A DNA stretch of 64,000 bases from Syntrophorhabdaceae bacterium (GCA_963666485.2 CAXXUO010000009.1:224001-288000), one strand, 5' to 3'. Shown: positions 1-11,219, numbered from the stretch's first letter. The notes: generated from the sequence alone by a model not told the origin. Numbers and translations: made by a program.

Positions 1-1226
<1,226 letters not shown>

Positions 1227-1374
1227 TTAAATATCCAACACCCTTTACGTTATATGAGACAAAGCTAGGATATAAAACCCGATAAACACATCTTTTTCAA
1301 TCAGGTGCACCATGTTTCTATTATAGGGGGAAACCCTATTTATATTATAATGGAATCCCCGATAGCAGAAGACC

Positions 1375-1506
1375 GGCTATGGGCGATGGGCTATGGGCGA
1401 TGGGTAAGCGTACGGGGGGGTAATAACTTAAGTGGAGCATGGAGGTATTGAGCGCGGAAATTGGCCGGGCGATAACCCCTTACCTATCGCCTATCGCCTA
1501 TAGCCT
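1375..1506. repeat. Inverted heptamer-repeat element (ATGGGCG-type arm ... CGCCTAT-type arm)
   Basis: ggctatgggcgatgggctatgggcgatgggtaa (1375-1407) and the complementary ttacctatcgcctatcgcctatagcct (1480-1506). Confidence 0.85.
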
Positions 1507-1514
1507 GTTTTTGT

Positions 1515-2168
1515 TCAATGCCCGCTCTGCACCCACTGTATCGCGTATTTCAAAAGATCGGTCCCGTCGCTGAGCTTCAGCTTGTCCTTTATATGCGCAC
1601 GGTAGGATTCGACCGTCTTTATGCTCAGGTGGAGCCTCTCGGCGATCTGGCGGGTCTTTTGCCCCTGCCCTATAAGCCTGAACACGGTAAGCTCGCGGTT
1701 GCTGAGGAGGTCCATCGGGGACGTCGGCTGGCTTGCGCCTTCGACAGAAACAAATTTTTCGAGCATTTTTGTGGTTATCCGCTCACTGACGAATATCTCT
1801 CCCTCGAGCACCTTGCGGACGGCGACAAGGACCTTGTCGAGGGCCTCCTGCTTCATTATGTAGCCCCGGGCACCCGCACGGAGCGACCGCTCCGCGTACA
1901 GCGTCTCGTCGTGCATCGACACGACGAGGACCGGTATGTCCTTGTGGCGCAGTTTCAATTCCTTGATCAGCTCGATCCCGTCGATACCGGGGAGCGAGAT
2001 GTCGACGATAGCCATGTCGGGAATGTCCTTTTCGATCGATTCTAAGGCCATCTGGGCGTTCTCCGCCTCGGCCGCCACAACCAGGTCGGGTTCCTGGTTG
2101 ATAAGGAGTGCAAGGCCTTTTCGCAATATCGGATGGTCGTCGACGATAAGTATCTTCCTTTTTGTCAC
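1515..2168 (-). CDS. NarL/FixJ-family response regulator (REC + LuxR HTH)
   Basis: ILIVDDHP, DISLPGIDG, LSNRELTVFRLIGQG...SIKTVESYRAHIKDKL. GTG start at 2168 with GGAGG RBS overlaps the kinase stop (GTGA). Confidence 0.93.
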   Translation of the reverse strand: MTKRKILIVDDHPILRKGLALLINQEPDLVVAAEAENAQMALESIEKDIPDMAIVDISLPGIDGIELIKELKLRHKDIPVLVVSMHDETLYAERSLRAGARGYIMKQEALDKVLVAVRKVLEGEIFVSERITTKMLEKFVSVEGASQPTSPMDLLSNRELTVFRLIGQGQKTRQIAERLHLSIKTVESYRAHIKDKLKLSDGTDLLKYAIQWVQSGH

Positions 2169-3739
2169 AGGTATCCTCCATTTTGCACGGTTTTGGTCTG
2201 CCCGTCGGGCGCCCTGTTGGAGAAAACGCATCGCAGGATCGTGCCGCCCGTATCGTGTGTCCTGATGTCGAGGACGGCGCCTATCATTGAAGCGCGGTAC
2301 TGCATGATGCTCAATCCCATACCTTTCCCCTGGCTCTGGGTGCTGCCGATGCCCACCCCGTTGTCGTAGATGGTAAGGAGGCAGCTCTCGCCATCCTGTC
2401 TCAATGCGATCGTGATACTGTCCGCCTTGCCATGCTTGATCGCATTGTTGAGCGCCTCCTGTGCGATCCGGTATACGTGCGAAGCCACCGCATTGTCACC
2501 GAGCAGGACGGGTTTTTCGCATTCGAACCTGCAGGTCACCCCGAACAGTTTTTCGACATTCGATGCAAGCTCGATGAGTGCCATCATGAGCCCGTCCGCC
2601 TCGAGACGAACAGGGTTCAAGCCCCGCGCGAATCCCCTGGTCAGCGTTATCGCCTGATCGATAAGCTCGACGATCTCGAGGACATCCTCCGACCGGATCG
2701 GCTGCTGCGTCGCCGTCTTCCTTTCCAGGACCTTGCTCATGAATCCGATACCGGCGAGGTGCTGACAGAGACTGTCATGGAGGTCCTGCCCGATCCTTCG
2801 CTGCTCCCTGCCGCTTATCTCGAGCAGTTCCCTTTCCAGTTTTTTACGCCGGGTCGTATCCCGAACAATGCCGAGCGCTTTGTTGGGGCCCGACATAACG
2901 ATCCGGACCTCTATGTCGCTGACATCTCCGCCGAGCGATAAGTGCTGCTCATATACCTGGGGCCTGCCCGTGGACAATGACTGCCCGACATACGCCATGG
3001 CCTGGTCGAGGAGCCGGCGGGGCAGGAGCCTTTCCCGGTCGGATATTTCGAAAACGCTGCGCCCGACCAAGTCCCGGGCCAATTTCTTGAGCGAAGAAAA
3101 GCTTCCCACGTGAAGGCCGAGCAATATCCCCGAACTGTCTACCTGGAACATGAGATCGGGGATCGCCTCGAGCAGCGCCCTGTTCTGGGACTCGCTTTCT
3201 TTCAGCGCCTCTTCGCCGTACCTGACCTCGACCATCTGGCCCATCCGCTCGGCAATACCGTTTATCAATGTCCTCTCTTCCTTGAGAAACGGGCCTTCAT
3301 CGGCCTTCGGCCGCCTTTCGCGATAAAAGACCTCGAGGGAACCCGCCGGGCGCCCGTGAACGATTATGTCCTGCGATAGCCTCCATTTCGTCTTTTCGAA
3401 ATCGCGGCTCGTAAAGACACGGTCGTTCAGGATGATCCTGCTTGTTGTCACGTCAGGGTACTGCCAGGCATCGGGAATGATATCGACCGTCCTCTGCAGG
3501 ATCTCGTCGAGCGTGGCGCCTTTTGTCTCGATAATGGCTGAGATCTTATAGAGGCAATTCAATTCCTTTACGCGCTCTTTCAGCTCAAGTGTCCTTTTCT
3601 GGAGTTCTTTCTGAAAAAGCTTGTGCTGCCGGTCGAGCTCGGTCAACCGCTGTATCTTTTTTTCAGCCTTCTCGAGGGCAGCCAGGGCATTTTTTTCGTC
3701 CCTGCCGCGCAAAGGCCGTGTATTCTCCTCAATCGCCAT
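2165..3739 (-). CDS. Cytoplasmic PAS-domain sensor histidine kinase (HisKA_3 type)
   Basis: EQRRIGQDLHDSLCQHL H-box, QEALNNAIKH N-box, DNGVG and GMGLSIM G-boxes, PAS segment LLEAIPDLMFQVD; no transmembrane helix seen. Confidence 0.92.
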   Translation of the reverse strand: MAIEENTRPLRGRDEKNALAALEKAEKKIQRLTELDRQHKLFQKELQKRTLELKERVKELNCLYKISAIIETKGATLDEILQRTVDIIPDAWQYPDVTTSRIILNDRVFTSRDFEKTKWRLSQDIIVHGRPAGSLEVFYRERRPKADEGPFLKEERTLINGIAERMGQMVEVRYGEEALKESESQNRALLEAIPDLMFQVDSSGILLGLHVGSFSSLKKLARDLVGRSVFEISDRERLLPRRLLDQAMAYVGQSLSTGRPQVYEQHLSLGGDVSDIEVRIVMSGPNKALGIVRDTTRRKKLERELLEISGREQRRIGQDLHDSLCQHLAGIGFMSKVLERKTATQQPIRSEDVLEIVELIDQAITLTRGFARGLNPVRLEADGLMMALIELASNVEKLFGVTCRFECEKPVLLGDNAVASHVYRIAQEALNNAIKHGKADSITIALRQDGESCLLTIYDNGVGIGSTQSQGKGMGLSIMQYRASMIGAVLDIRTHDTGGTILRCVFSNRAPDGQTKTVQNGGYL

Positions 3740-3871
3740 AGTGCACGATTATATCACAAGGCAGGCGAAAAAAATCAAGCAGTGACCCCTTGACCTATTC
3801 ACGGCACACCCCCTTCATCAGCCTTGCATCCCCGCAGGCAGCCTGATATCATAGTGCCTGGGGATGCATAC

Positions 3872-4651
3872 ATGAAACCGGGATTACTATTTCGTTCACT
3901 GTTCAGTTTATTTTTCGTAACAGCACTGGCAACGGCGGTCCTCCTGCCTGCGATGGCAGGGCAGCAGGATGCCCCCGATCACTTCGTCGATGCGCGGCAG
4001 CACATACCATCCCTCAGGATGGATATCCGGTATTACACGGCACACAATTTCGTGGGGGAAAAAATAGACGGGTACAACGCCCCGAAGTGCATTCTCACGA
4101 TCGAGGCGGTGCAGGCCCTGGAAAAGGTCCAGGCGGACCTCGGGCCTTTCTCGATGTCCCTCAAGATATACGACTGCTACCGGCCCCAAAGGGCCGTGAA
4201 CCACTTCGTCAGGTGGGCAGAGGATATCCGGGATATCCGGACAAAAAAGGAATTTTACCCTACGGTCGATAAGTCACGGTTATTCGCAGACGGATACATT
4301 GCTGAAAGATCCGGGCATTCCCGCGGAAGCACCGTGGACCTCACGATCGTCCCGGTCCCCACTCCTCCTGAAGCCGAATACGTCCCCGGCCAGGAGCTTT
4401 TCCCCTGCTTTCTTCCGGCCGCGGAGCGCTTTCGTGACAGCTCTATCGACATGGGGACCGGCTTCGACTGTTTCCACAACCGCGCCCATACGGCCAACCC
4501 TGACATTCAAGGCCAACAGCGGACCAACAGGCTCCTTCTGAAGTCATTGATGGAGAAGCACGGCTTCGTGAACTACGACCTTGAATGGTGGCACTTCACA
4601 CTCAAGAACGAGCCCTTTCCCAAAACGTATTTCGATTTTCCGATAGAATAG
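3872..4651 (+). CDS. ddpX: Secreted D-alanyl-D-alanine dipeptidase (peptidase M15D, VanX/DdpX family)
   Basis: Signal-peptide-like N-terminus; YDCYRP, SGHSRGSTVDLT, DMGTGFD and EWWHF motifs. Confidence 0.9.
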   Translation: MKPGLLFRSLFSLFFVTALATAVLLPAMAGQQDAPDHFVDARQHIPSLRMDIRYYTAHNFVGEKIDGYNAPKCILTIEAVQALEKVQADLGPFSMSLKIYDCYRPQRAVNHFVRWAEDIRDIRTKKEFYPTVDKSRLFADGYIAERSGHSRGSTVDLTIVPVPTPPEAEYVPGQELFPCFLPAAERFRDSSIDMGTGFDCFHNRAHTANPDIQGQQRTNRLLLKSLMEKHGFVNYDLEWWHFTLKNEPFPKTYFDFPIE

Positions 4652-4657
4652 AAAAAA

Positions 4658-4774
4658 ATAGGCGATAGGCTATGGGCGATGAGTTGCACGGATACCTATC
4701 GCCTATCGCCTATCGCCTATCGCCTATTGCCTATCGCCTATCGCCTATTGCCTATCGCCTATTGCCTATCGCCT
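4658..4774. repeat. Inverted heptamer-repeat element with expanded (CCTATCG/CCTATTG)n arm
   Basis: ataggcgataggctatgggcgatg, then about 11 tandem cctatcg/cctattg units at 4695-4774. Confidence 0.9.
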
Positions 4775-4911
4775 GTTTTATTTGGAAAGCATGGCGCATC
4801 CTGTAAGCGACCGGCCTCACGAAAGACCTCTTCGGGGTATGTTGGGGGGTTACAAGGGCCGATCATGACGCGCCATGCCTGTGGGGCATATTAAAGTACC
4901 GGGCAGCATGT

Positions 4912-5301
4912 TCATGACATTCCCTCCCGGCTTTCTACAATATCGGACAGAATGGGTACCAGGTCATCGTACAGCCGCCGCTTGTTTATAAACGCGGTCG
5001 CCCCGGCCTTCATCGCCGCTTCTTTGTAAAGGCCGTTCTCATGAACGGTAAGTATGACAACCTTGGCGTCCGGTAATATCGATTTGACCCGGGACGTTGC
5101 ATCTATTCCATTGATGCCCGGCATGTCTATGTCCATTATGATCACGTGCGGCGATTCCTGACGACAATACGTCAGGGCCTCGTTCGCGGTCCGCATTTCG
5201 ACGAACGCGCAGCCGGGAAGCTCGTCGCTCAGCCATTCATGGAGGAGCCTCCTCAAATTCACATGATCGTCAACGATCATTATCGTAGCTTTCTTTTCCA
5301 C
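4912..5301 (-). CDS. Single-domain response regulator (REC only)
   Basis: IMIVDDH...IIMDIDMPGINGIDA...VILTVH...AFINK; no output domain; start uncertain (GTG 5301 chosen). Confidence 0.85.
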   Translation of the reverse strand: MEKKATIMIVDDHVNLRRLLHEWLSDELPGCAFVEMRTANEALTYCRQESPHVIIMDIDMPGINGIDATSRVKSILPDAKVVILTVHENGLYKEAAMKAGATAFINKRRLYDDLVPILSDIVESREGMS

Positions 5302-5385
5302 GATCAATACGGATACTATAATCACTATTTCGTGAAATTGTCTGTCGGGAGAACATGACAAAAGGAAGGGGAAGGTTTGAAAAAA

Positions 5386-5522
5386 GATGGGCGATGCGTG
5401 ATGGGTGATGGGCGATGGGCGATGGGAAAAGCGGGGGAACTTTTGAGAAATACAGTGAGGGTTGTTGAGATATGGGGTACTGAGTTTTTTGCCTATTGCC
5501 TATTGCCTATTACCCCTTACCC
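5386..5522. repeat. Inverted heptamer-repeat element
   Basis: gatgggcgatgcgtgatgggtgatgggcgatgggcgatggg ... tgcctattgcctattgcctattaccccttaccc. Confidence 0.85.
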
Positions 5523-5526
5523 GTTT

Positions 5527-6156
5527 TTACGTTATCCCATGCGTCAGCGCATAATGGATAAGACCCTCCGTCCCTTTGACTCCGATCTTTTCCATGATGT
5601 GCATCCGGTATGTCCGTATGGAATTTATGCTCAGTTTCAGCTCCCGGGCGATGTCTTTGACGCTCTTCCCGGCGCCAAGCATCCTAATGACCTGGAATTC
5701 GGTATTGGTCAATCTCTCATGCGCGGGTTTTTCGGCATATGATTCAAAGTTCGAGACCATTTTACCGGCAAACTCCGGGTTTATATATTTCTTCCCGGAC
5801 AGTACCATGCGTATCGCGTCGATCAGTTCATCGGGCTCACACTGCTTCGTGATATACCCGTTCGCCCCGGTCCTGATCGCCCGGATCGCGTAAAGATCCT
5901 CGGGATACATGCTCACAACGAGTACCGGAAGGCGGGGCCGCCTTTTGCGCACGTCCTTCAGCGCATCGAGTCCGTTCATGTCCGGCAGAGAGATATCGAG
6001 AAGGACAATATCATGATCGTGCTCACTGACGCTTTCCATGAATTCCACGCCGGTGCGGACCGCTTCGATCCTGGTATCCTTGAAATTCTCCCGGAGAAAA
6101 TCGGAAAATCCCTTCTGGACGACCGGGTGGTCCTCGACGATCAGGACGCGCAGCAT
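5527..6156 (-). CDS. NarL/UvrY-family response regulator
   Basis: VLIVEDHP, LLDISLPDMNG, HERLTNTEFQVIRML...SIRTYRMHIMEKIG. Confidence 0.92.
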   Translation of the reverse strand: MLRVLIVEDHPVVQKGFSDFLRENFKDTRIEAVRTGVEFMESVSEHDHDIVLLDISLPDMNGLDALKDVRKRRPRLPVLVVSMYPEDLYAIRAIRTGANGYITKQCEPDELIDAIRMVLSGKKYINPEFAGKMVSNFESYAEKPAHERLTNTEFQVIRMLGAGKSVKDIARELKLSINSIRTYRMHIMEKIGVKGTEGLIHYALTHGIT

Positions 6157-6176
6157 GCGACACCCTTAGAGACGGC

Positions 6177-6416
6177 TCCAGGTTCCGGGTTCCAGGTTCC
6201 AGGATAAAAAAGACGGGCTAATACGGTTCCAGGTTCCACGTTCCACGTTCCACGATAAAAGAAATAGGTTGGTAATGAAGTGAATATTCTGATCATGTCA
6301 GCATAAGCCCTCAACACATAATCCGGCGTTGTAAATGTTCCGACGTGCGGGAAATAGAAGGCAATCGAACTCTGGGAGGTTTTTGCGTGGAACGTGGAAC
6401 CTGGAACGTGGAACCT
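6177..6416. repeat. Second heptamer family (GTTCCAG/GTTCCAC) with inverted arm
   Basis: Tandem ttccagg/ttccacg at 6177-6203 and 6225-6254; complementary cgtggaa/cctggaa at 6386-6416. Confidence 0.85.
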
Positions 6417-6422
6417 CCTTGT

Positions 6423-7169
6423 TCACTCCGGCGTGCTTTTCGTCGGCACCGGCTGGGGGGCTGCCGGCTGGCCGGTTCTTGGCCTTGAGGCTCCCCCGGC
6501 GGGCACGGGGGCGGGTGACGGGGTATTCGGCCCGACTGCCGGCTTCGGCGGCGTTTGCGGCAACTGGGGGGAACGCGCCGGGACGCCCGGCTTTGGTGCC
6601 GGGGCCTGGGGTGGCGGGGCCTGGGGCTCCGCGGGCTGGGCGGTATCCCCTCCCCTGCGTTTTGGCTCGGAGAGCATAACTGTGATGCGGTCATCTCCCC
6701 GTGCCAAGGTTATCCTGTCGCTCATGATGTCGGTCACGGTGTACCCGCTGACAACTTCACCCTTCTTTACGACCCTCTGGCGCGCTCCCCTGCCCGGGGT
6801 CGTAACAGGGTTCCTTCTGTCTTCGATGAACGCGAGACGGTCGGTATCCACCAATGTCCCGTAGAGGACTATTTCCGGTCTCGGGACCTCGGCCTTCTTT
6901 TCGACCGGTATCGTCCTGTCCGGATGAAAGAGGTTCGCCTCCCCTATAAGCGCATAATCGGAGGGCATCTTCGGGGAAGATTCGGCCGGCTGGGCGGCGG
7001 CCGCGGCGGCGCCTTTTGTCTTGACCTTCGGAACAGCGTAGTAATGCCTCATGCGGAATGCCGACACCGCTATGCTGGCAGCGAACGCGAGAATTATGAG
7101 TGTAAGCAGCACATTGAGGACATTCGCGCTCTCTATGATATCCCGGAGCCATCTCATTCTATTTTCCAC
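6423..7169 (-). CDS. T2SS GspC/N-like protein with long Pro-rich C-terminal tail
   Basis: N-terminal TM helix, NLFHPDR, LYGTLV...VKKGEVVSGYTVTDIMSDRITL beta domain; last gene of the gsp operon. Confidence 0.65.
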   Translation of the reverse strand: MENRMRWLRDIIESANVLNVLLTLIILAFAASIAVSAFRMRHYYAVPKVKTKGAAAAAAQPAESSPKMPSDYALIGEANLFHPDRTIPVEKKAEVPRPEIVLYGTLVDTDRLAFIEDRRNPVTTPGRGARQRVVKKGEVVSGYTVTDIMSDRITLARGDDRITVMLSEPKRRGGDTAQPAEPQAPPPQAPAPKPGVPARSPQLPQTPPKPAVGPNTPSPAPVPAGGASRPRTGQPAAPQPVPTKSTPE

Positions 7170-7713
7170 CTGTCAGTGCAGAAATGCGCAGCTTGACCAT
7201 CAATTCCCGGGGGTCCCTGAAGTTTCGCACCCTGGAATCGACCTCCTTTATCACGAGATACGGCGTATGCGTCTCCAGCGTGAACAGGACGTCGCTCAAG
7301 GCGCGCGTATCGGGCACAACGGCGTCCACGCTTACGTTTATAACCTTCAATTTGCCGAGGTCGTCCGCTTTCTCCACGCGCTCGCTCGCTATCGACCCGC
7401 CCCGTGCGGTTATCGAGGTCTTCACGATATTCTGGAGGGCCGCCGCCGCAATGTTGAGGGTCGGGGCGTCGATTATCTTGGCCATCTCCGACGTCCTGCC
7501 TTCCTTCAATATTTCCAGCCTTTTCTCGATCGCAGGCCGCTCCGCAATGAGATTTACATACCGCTCGAGCGTTCCTAAGCGGACAGACTCCTGGTCCCTG
7601 ATCGCGGTCAATTCCGCCTTCACCGCGATATACCCGTACTGGTAGGCAACGATAACAGCGAGGATGACGATGACCGGAAGAGCGACGTGAAAGAGGCGGC
7701 TATTTCTTTTCAT
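7159..7713 (-). CDS. gspM: T2SS GspM (PilO-like)
   Basis: TM helix, coiled coil, AAAALQNIVK...LSDVLFTLET.TPYL; position directly after gspL. Confidence 0.75.
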   Translation of the reverse strand: MKRNSRLFHVALPVIVILAVIVAYQYGYIAVKAELTAIRDQESVRLGTLERYVNLIAERPAIEKRLEILKEGRTSEMAKIIDAPTLNIAAAALQNIVKTSITARGGSIASERVEKADDLGKLKVINVSVDAVVPDTRALSDVLFTLETHTPYLVIKEVDSRVRNFRDPRELMVKLRISALTGGK

Positions 7714-9232
7714 TTTTTGCACCCGGCGCGGGTTTCTTTTCAAACCCCTCGATCTCCATCTTGATCACAAAGCGGTCGGCGTTCAGACGTGTGTCACGTA
7801 TCGTCGGAGAAGAAAATTCCACCTTTTTGAAAAGCGGCGATTGTTCGAGGCGCGGCAGCACTTCGGTCGCAGACGCGGCATAACCCTCGATCTCGACCGT
7901 CTCACCGGTGATCCTCAGGCGCGTCAGCCATACAGTCTTCGGCAGGATGGTGGTCAGTTCTTTCATGATATCGAGCGTCATCGGGGAAGATTCCTTGAAA
8001 CTCCGTATCGCTGACACATCGGCATCTATCGTTGATGCCTCCTGCCGTATCGCCTCTATCGCTCGTACCTCGCTCCTTCGCGACGCTATCTCCTGTCCTA
8101 TTCTGCCAAGCCGCGCCTTTTCCATGTAAAGCGGAACAATCAGGTTCAGGGCCATGGCAACGACTACAATGCCGAGGAGAATGAATGTTACGCCCCCTAC
8201 CGGGCTTTTTTTCGACTTCTCGCTTCGGCTGCCCGCAAGGTTGAGGCCCTTCTCGCCCGGCCATATCTCTTCGACAAGCCCGCCGAGCGGCCCCGTAAGG
8301 CTACCGCTTACCCCGATGCCGAATGTTTGCCGTAAATCATCGTCGGTCACCGGGCGGGCGGGCAGGCCAATGTCATCCGCGATCTTCGTGTACCCTGCGT
8401 CCGTCTTTATAAGGACAACAGGAGGGGCCTCTTCGTTCTCGAACCCCGGAAGCATTGGGGCGATCCCTTCTTTTATCAGCCGGACATTGTCCTCCTCGTT
8501 ACCCGTCAGCCCTTCAGACACCACTGCATGAAGGACCCCGTCGCGTATCGCACAGCCGTCATATGCCCCGGGGCGGACATCGAGACATATCGTCGCCTTT
8601 GACCCATTCCCGAGCACCCGGCAAACAGTGCCAAGGCCGGTGATGCCGGTGGTCACCCTGCGCGGATGAAGATCGTTCACGTCGAGGGCCTCGATATAAG
8701 GGCGCAGCGTCCGGGCCCTCATGGCGACAACAAGCAGTTTGAGCCTGGAATCCTCTTCGGAAATGATCGAGAAATCATACATGGCCTCGGCCGGGCCAAG
8801 CGGGGTCAGCCGGTCGATCTCGTACCCGATCACCGACGCGAGGTTTTCCCTGACAACGGCAGGAAGTTCCGCCGTCCGGACTATGAGCCACGAGCGGGGC
8901 ATGGAAAGGACGATCGACGCCCCCCGGGCGCCAAAGCTCCCGAGCACCTCCTTCACAGCGAGGACCGTTTCATCGGGGGTGGGATAGCGGCCCCCGGTAT
9001 AACTGAATCGCCTGAACCCCTTTACCTCCGGCTTCATGAATACCCTCGATCCGTACGCTATCGAGACCGCGCCTTCTTCGATAGCGGCGCATAGGCATTT
9101 CTTCGGTATGATCATCCCTTCGAGAATGTTGAACGTCAGGATATTTTCAAATCTCGAGATGCCGAAGAGGACGCGTTCCCGGGCCTTGCCGGTATATTCT
9201 TCCAGTTTGCCTGACAGTTGGTCAAGATTCAT
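7700..9232 (-). CDS. gspL: T2SS GspL (PilM/PilN-like)
   Basis: Cytoplasmic actin-like region, TM helix, PilN segment ELTTILPKTVWLTRL...IEGYAASA...LEQSPLF. Confidence 0.8.
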   Translation of the reverse strand: MNLDQLSGKLEEYTGKARERVLFGISRFENILTFNILEGMIIPKKCLCAAIEEGAVSIAYGSRVFMKPEVKGFRRFSYTGGRYPTPDETVLAVKEVLGSFGARGASIVLSMPRSWLIVRTAELPAVVRENLASVIGYEIDRLTPLGPAEAMYDFSIISEEDSRLKLLVVAMRARTLRPYIEALDVNDLHPRRVTTGITGLGTVCRVLGNGSKATICLDVRPGAYDGCAIRDGVLHAVVSEGLTGNEEDNVRLIKEGIAPMLPGFENEEAPPVVLIKTDAGYTKIADDIGLPARPVTDDDLRQTFGIGVSGSLTGPLGGLVEEIWPGEKGLNLAGSRSEKSKKSPVGGVTFILLGIVVVAMALNLIVPLYMEKARLGRIGQEIASRRSEVRAIEAIRQEASTIDADVSAIRSFKESSPMTLDIMKELTTILPKTVWLTRLRITGETVEIEGYAASATEVLPRLEQSPLFKKVEFSSPTIRDTRLNADRFVIKMEIEGFEKKPAPGAKNEKK

Positions 9233-10185
9233 CGCTGCGTTTCCGAGGGCGTTTTGTAATAGAAAAAACGCGGTATTGTCGTCTCGGCCGAGACGACGGC
9301 CCTGATGCCGTATCCCTGCTTTTGCCCGCCGAGAAAGCCGGTCGATTCGATCGAATAGACATTCGTTTCCGCCATGTCGATATACTGGCCAAAGGTAGAT
9401 AGATTGAGGCCGGATACTGCCTGAATATCCTGAACAGATTTGAATTCCACCCTTTCCCTCTGGTCGATCATCCTCTGGACGGCCTCGGGGGTGATCCCGG
9501 GAAGCGCCGCGAGCACCTCCCGCGGAGCCGCGTTTATATTGATCTTCGAGGACGTCCCGTATATCGTGAGATAGTATATGATCCCTTTTTGCTCACTGTT
9601 CCCGAAGAGGATGGCGGGGGTTACACCCTTTACGAGAAGGAGCTCCTCGAGGGTGTCGAGCGGGGCGTTCCTGGCCCTGTACGGGACCGGCAGAGAGAGG
9701 TAGTATTCATCCTCAGCCCCGTTCAAACGGCGCAGGTTGTCCGTGTCGATCCAATCCAGGATGGAGTCGACGATTATGTCCGCCGTCTCCTGGGGCACCT
9801 TGAAATTGAGCAGCAGGTTCTTGAGGACCATACCGGTGAGATCGGTCATCTTGTTGACATCGATCTTTCCCGATTCGGACAAGAGCCTGAAGGTGTAGGT
9901 CCCCGGCCCCAGGCTGCCGGTATAGGGCCGGCCATCGATGCGCACCACTTCATTGCCCTCCAGCGTTACCGTCTGCTCGCGATATGTCTGTCGATGGTAT
10001 ATCTCCAGGATGGCCCGTTCGAGCCCTCCTTCCGCGATGAGTTTCTTCTGGATCCCCTCTTTGAAGAATATCGTCGAATAGGCATCCGTGCGTATCAGGA
10101 ACGAGAACGAGATGACAAGCGTGACCAGTATCGTGATGACCCACAACACCATTATGATCGCAATACCTTTTTCCGACCGCATCAT
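9229..10185 (-). CDS. gspK: T2SS minor pseudopilin GspK
   Basis: KGIAIIMVLW, ESGKIDVN, ILDWIDTD, GAEDEYY, EELLLVKG, ININAAP. Confidence 0.92.
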   Translation of the reverse strand: MMRSEKGIAIIMVLWVITILVTLVISFSFLIRTDAYSTIFFKEGIQKKLIAEGGLERAILEIYHRQTYREQTVTLEGNEVVRIDGRPYTGSLGPGTYTFRLLSESGKIDVNKMTDLTGMVLKNLLLNFKVPQETADIIVDSILDWIDTDNLRRLNGAEDEYYLSLPVPYRARNAPLDTLEELLLVKGVTPAILFGNSEQKGIIYYLTIYGTSSKININAAPREVLAALPGITPEAVQRMIDQRERVEFKSVQDIQAVSGLNLSTFGQYIDMAETNVYSIESTGFLGGQKQGYGIRAVVSAETTIPRFFYYKTPSETQR

Positions 10186-10781
10186 GTTTTCACCTTGCCG
10201 GACCGGACGGGGACGGTAAAGGCTATTTTCCGGTCCGGGAAGGTCAGGGTGACCCGTATCTTCCGGGGGAAGAGCAGGTCATCCGTCCAGGTCGCGACCC
10301 ACTCCCCCGCCGTGCCTTCGAATTCATTTTCTTTGCGGAAATACTCGAAACGTACGGCGCTCAAGCCCTCGAGGAGCCGGACCTGCCTCTGGTTGTCGAC
10401 GCCCACCGTGTTCTCTTCAATATCGAATGCGGTCGTGCCGTTGTCGGCGGGCCTCGCGGCGTATGTCACGATGACGTACCCGTTCTTTCCCCCGATCAGC
10501 GAGTAATTCGACGCGAACCTGACCCGGTCTGCGGACCCTTCGAAGAAAAGGCGCCCCTGTTCATCATCCTGCCGCGTGAGAGGTATCGCCGACTGAATCT
10601 GCTCATCTACCAGGGAAAAGGCCGCCCTCAATCGCTCGAGGTAGGTCATCTTCGCTTCTCCCTTGTTAACGGAACTGTACGAGAGGCGCATCGCCCCGGC
10701 CATTATGACCAGGATAAGGCTGAGAAGGGCAATGGATATCATGACCTCGAGCAGGGTGAACCCTGCCGTCCGTTTCTTCAT
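10182..10781 (-). CDS. gspJ: T2SS minor pseudopilin GspJ
   Basis: MKKRTAG|FTLLEVMISI prepilin motif; C-terminal W...PRKIRVTL; ATG overlaps the gspI stop. Confidence 0.85.
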   Translation of the reverse strand: MKKRTAGFTLLEVMISIALLSLILVIMAGAMRLSYSSVNKGEAKMTYLERLRAAFSLVDEQIQSAIPLTRQDDEQGRLFFEGSADRVRFASNYSLIGGKNGYVIVTYAARPADNGTTAFDIEENTVGVDNQRQVRLLEGLSAVRFEYFRKENEFEGTAGEWVATWTDDLLFPRKIRVTLTFPDRKIAFTVPVRSGKVKT

Positions 10782-11203
10782 ATCCGGCCCGCCTGTTCCT
10801 TTTTCACCATCTTCATGGTCCTCAATGTCGTCGACCTCTGGGTCATGCCGCCCTGCCATGTGAGCTTCACGGTTATTTCGAGCAGATCGAGCGGCAGTTC
10901 GCGTGTCCTTTTCTCAAGTGCGCGGGTTATGACAGTCTCGACAACGAACCCTCCGGGGTCCGTTTCTATTCGTGTACCCTCCTTAAGGTCATCGCGGTCA
11001 AGGACCTCTCTCGTGACCGCCAGTGCCCGCGCGCTCATCCACACGTGGTCTTCCGACCGGGCGACAAGGCTGAGATCGGACGAGAACAGCTGGAAGATGA
11101 CCGTGACCGTCGATGCGAGAAGAACAAATGCTATGAGCACCTCGAGTAGCGTAAAACCTTCGTTCCTTTTCAGCGTCGTCCGTACCGGGCGTATCCTGTT
11201 CAT
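10778..11203 (-). CDS. gspI: T2SS minor pseudopilin GspI
   Basis: NEG|FTLLEVLIAF prepilin motif; start uncertain (11203 or 11230). Confidence 0.82.
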   Translation of the reverse strand: MNRIRPVRTTLKRNEGFTLLEVLIAFVLLASTVTVIFQLFSSDLSLVARSEDHVWMSARALAVTREVLDRDDLKEGTRIETDPGGFVVETVITRALEKRTRELPLDLLEITVKLTWQGGMTQRSTTLRTMKMVKKEQAGRI

Positions 11204-11219
11204 TTCCCGTACCGCCTCA

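Noticed and set aside
3872..4651. VanX-like gene as a vancomycin-resistance determinant
   Set aside because: No vanH/vanA/vanRS genes are nearby and the protein has a signal peptide, which fits housekeeping DdpX-type peptidases.
4695..4774. Heptamer arrays as a possible CRISPR array
   Set aside because: The units are 7 nt and tandem, with no 25-45 nt repeat/unique-spacer alternation, and there are no cas genes in the window.
4679..4894. ORF with [13 protein letters not shown] repeats (also 5377-5742, 63089-63541, 63099-63296, 63124-63453)
   Set aside because: These are translations of the 7-nt DNA repeats, mostly running antisense into real genes.
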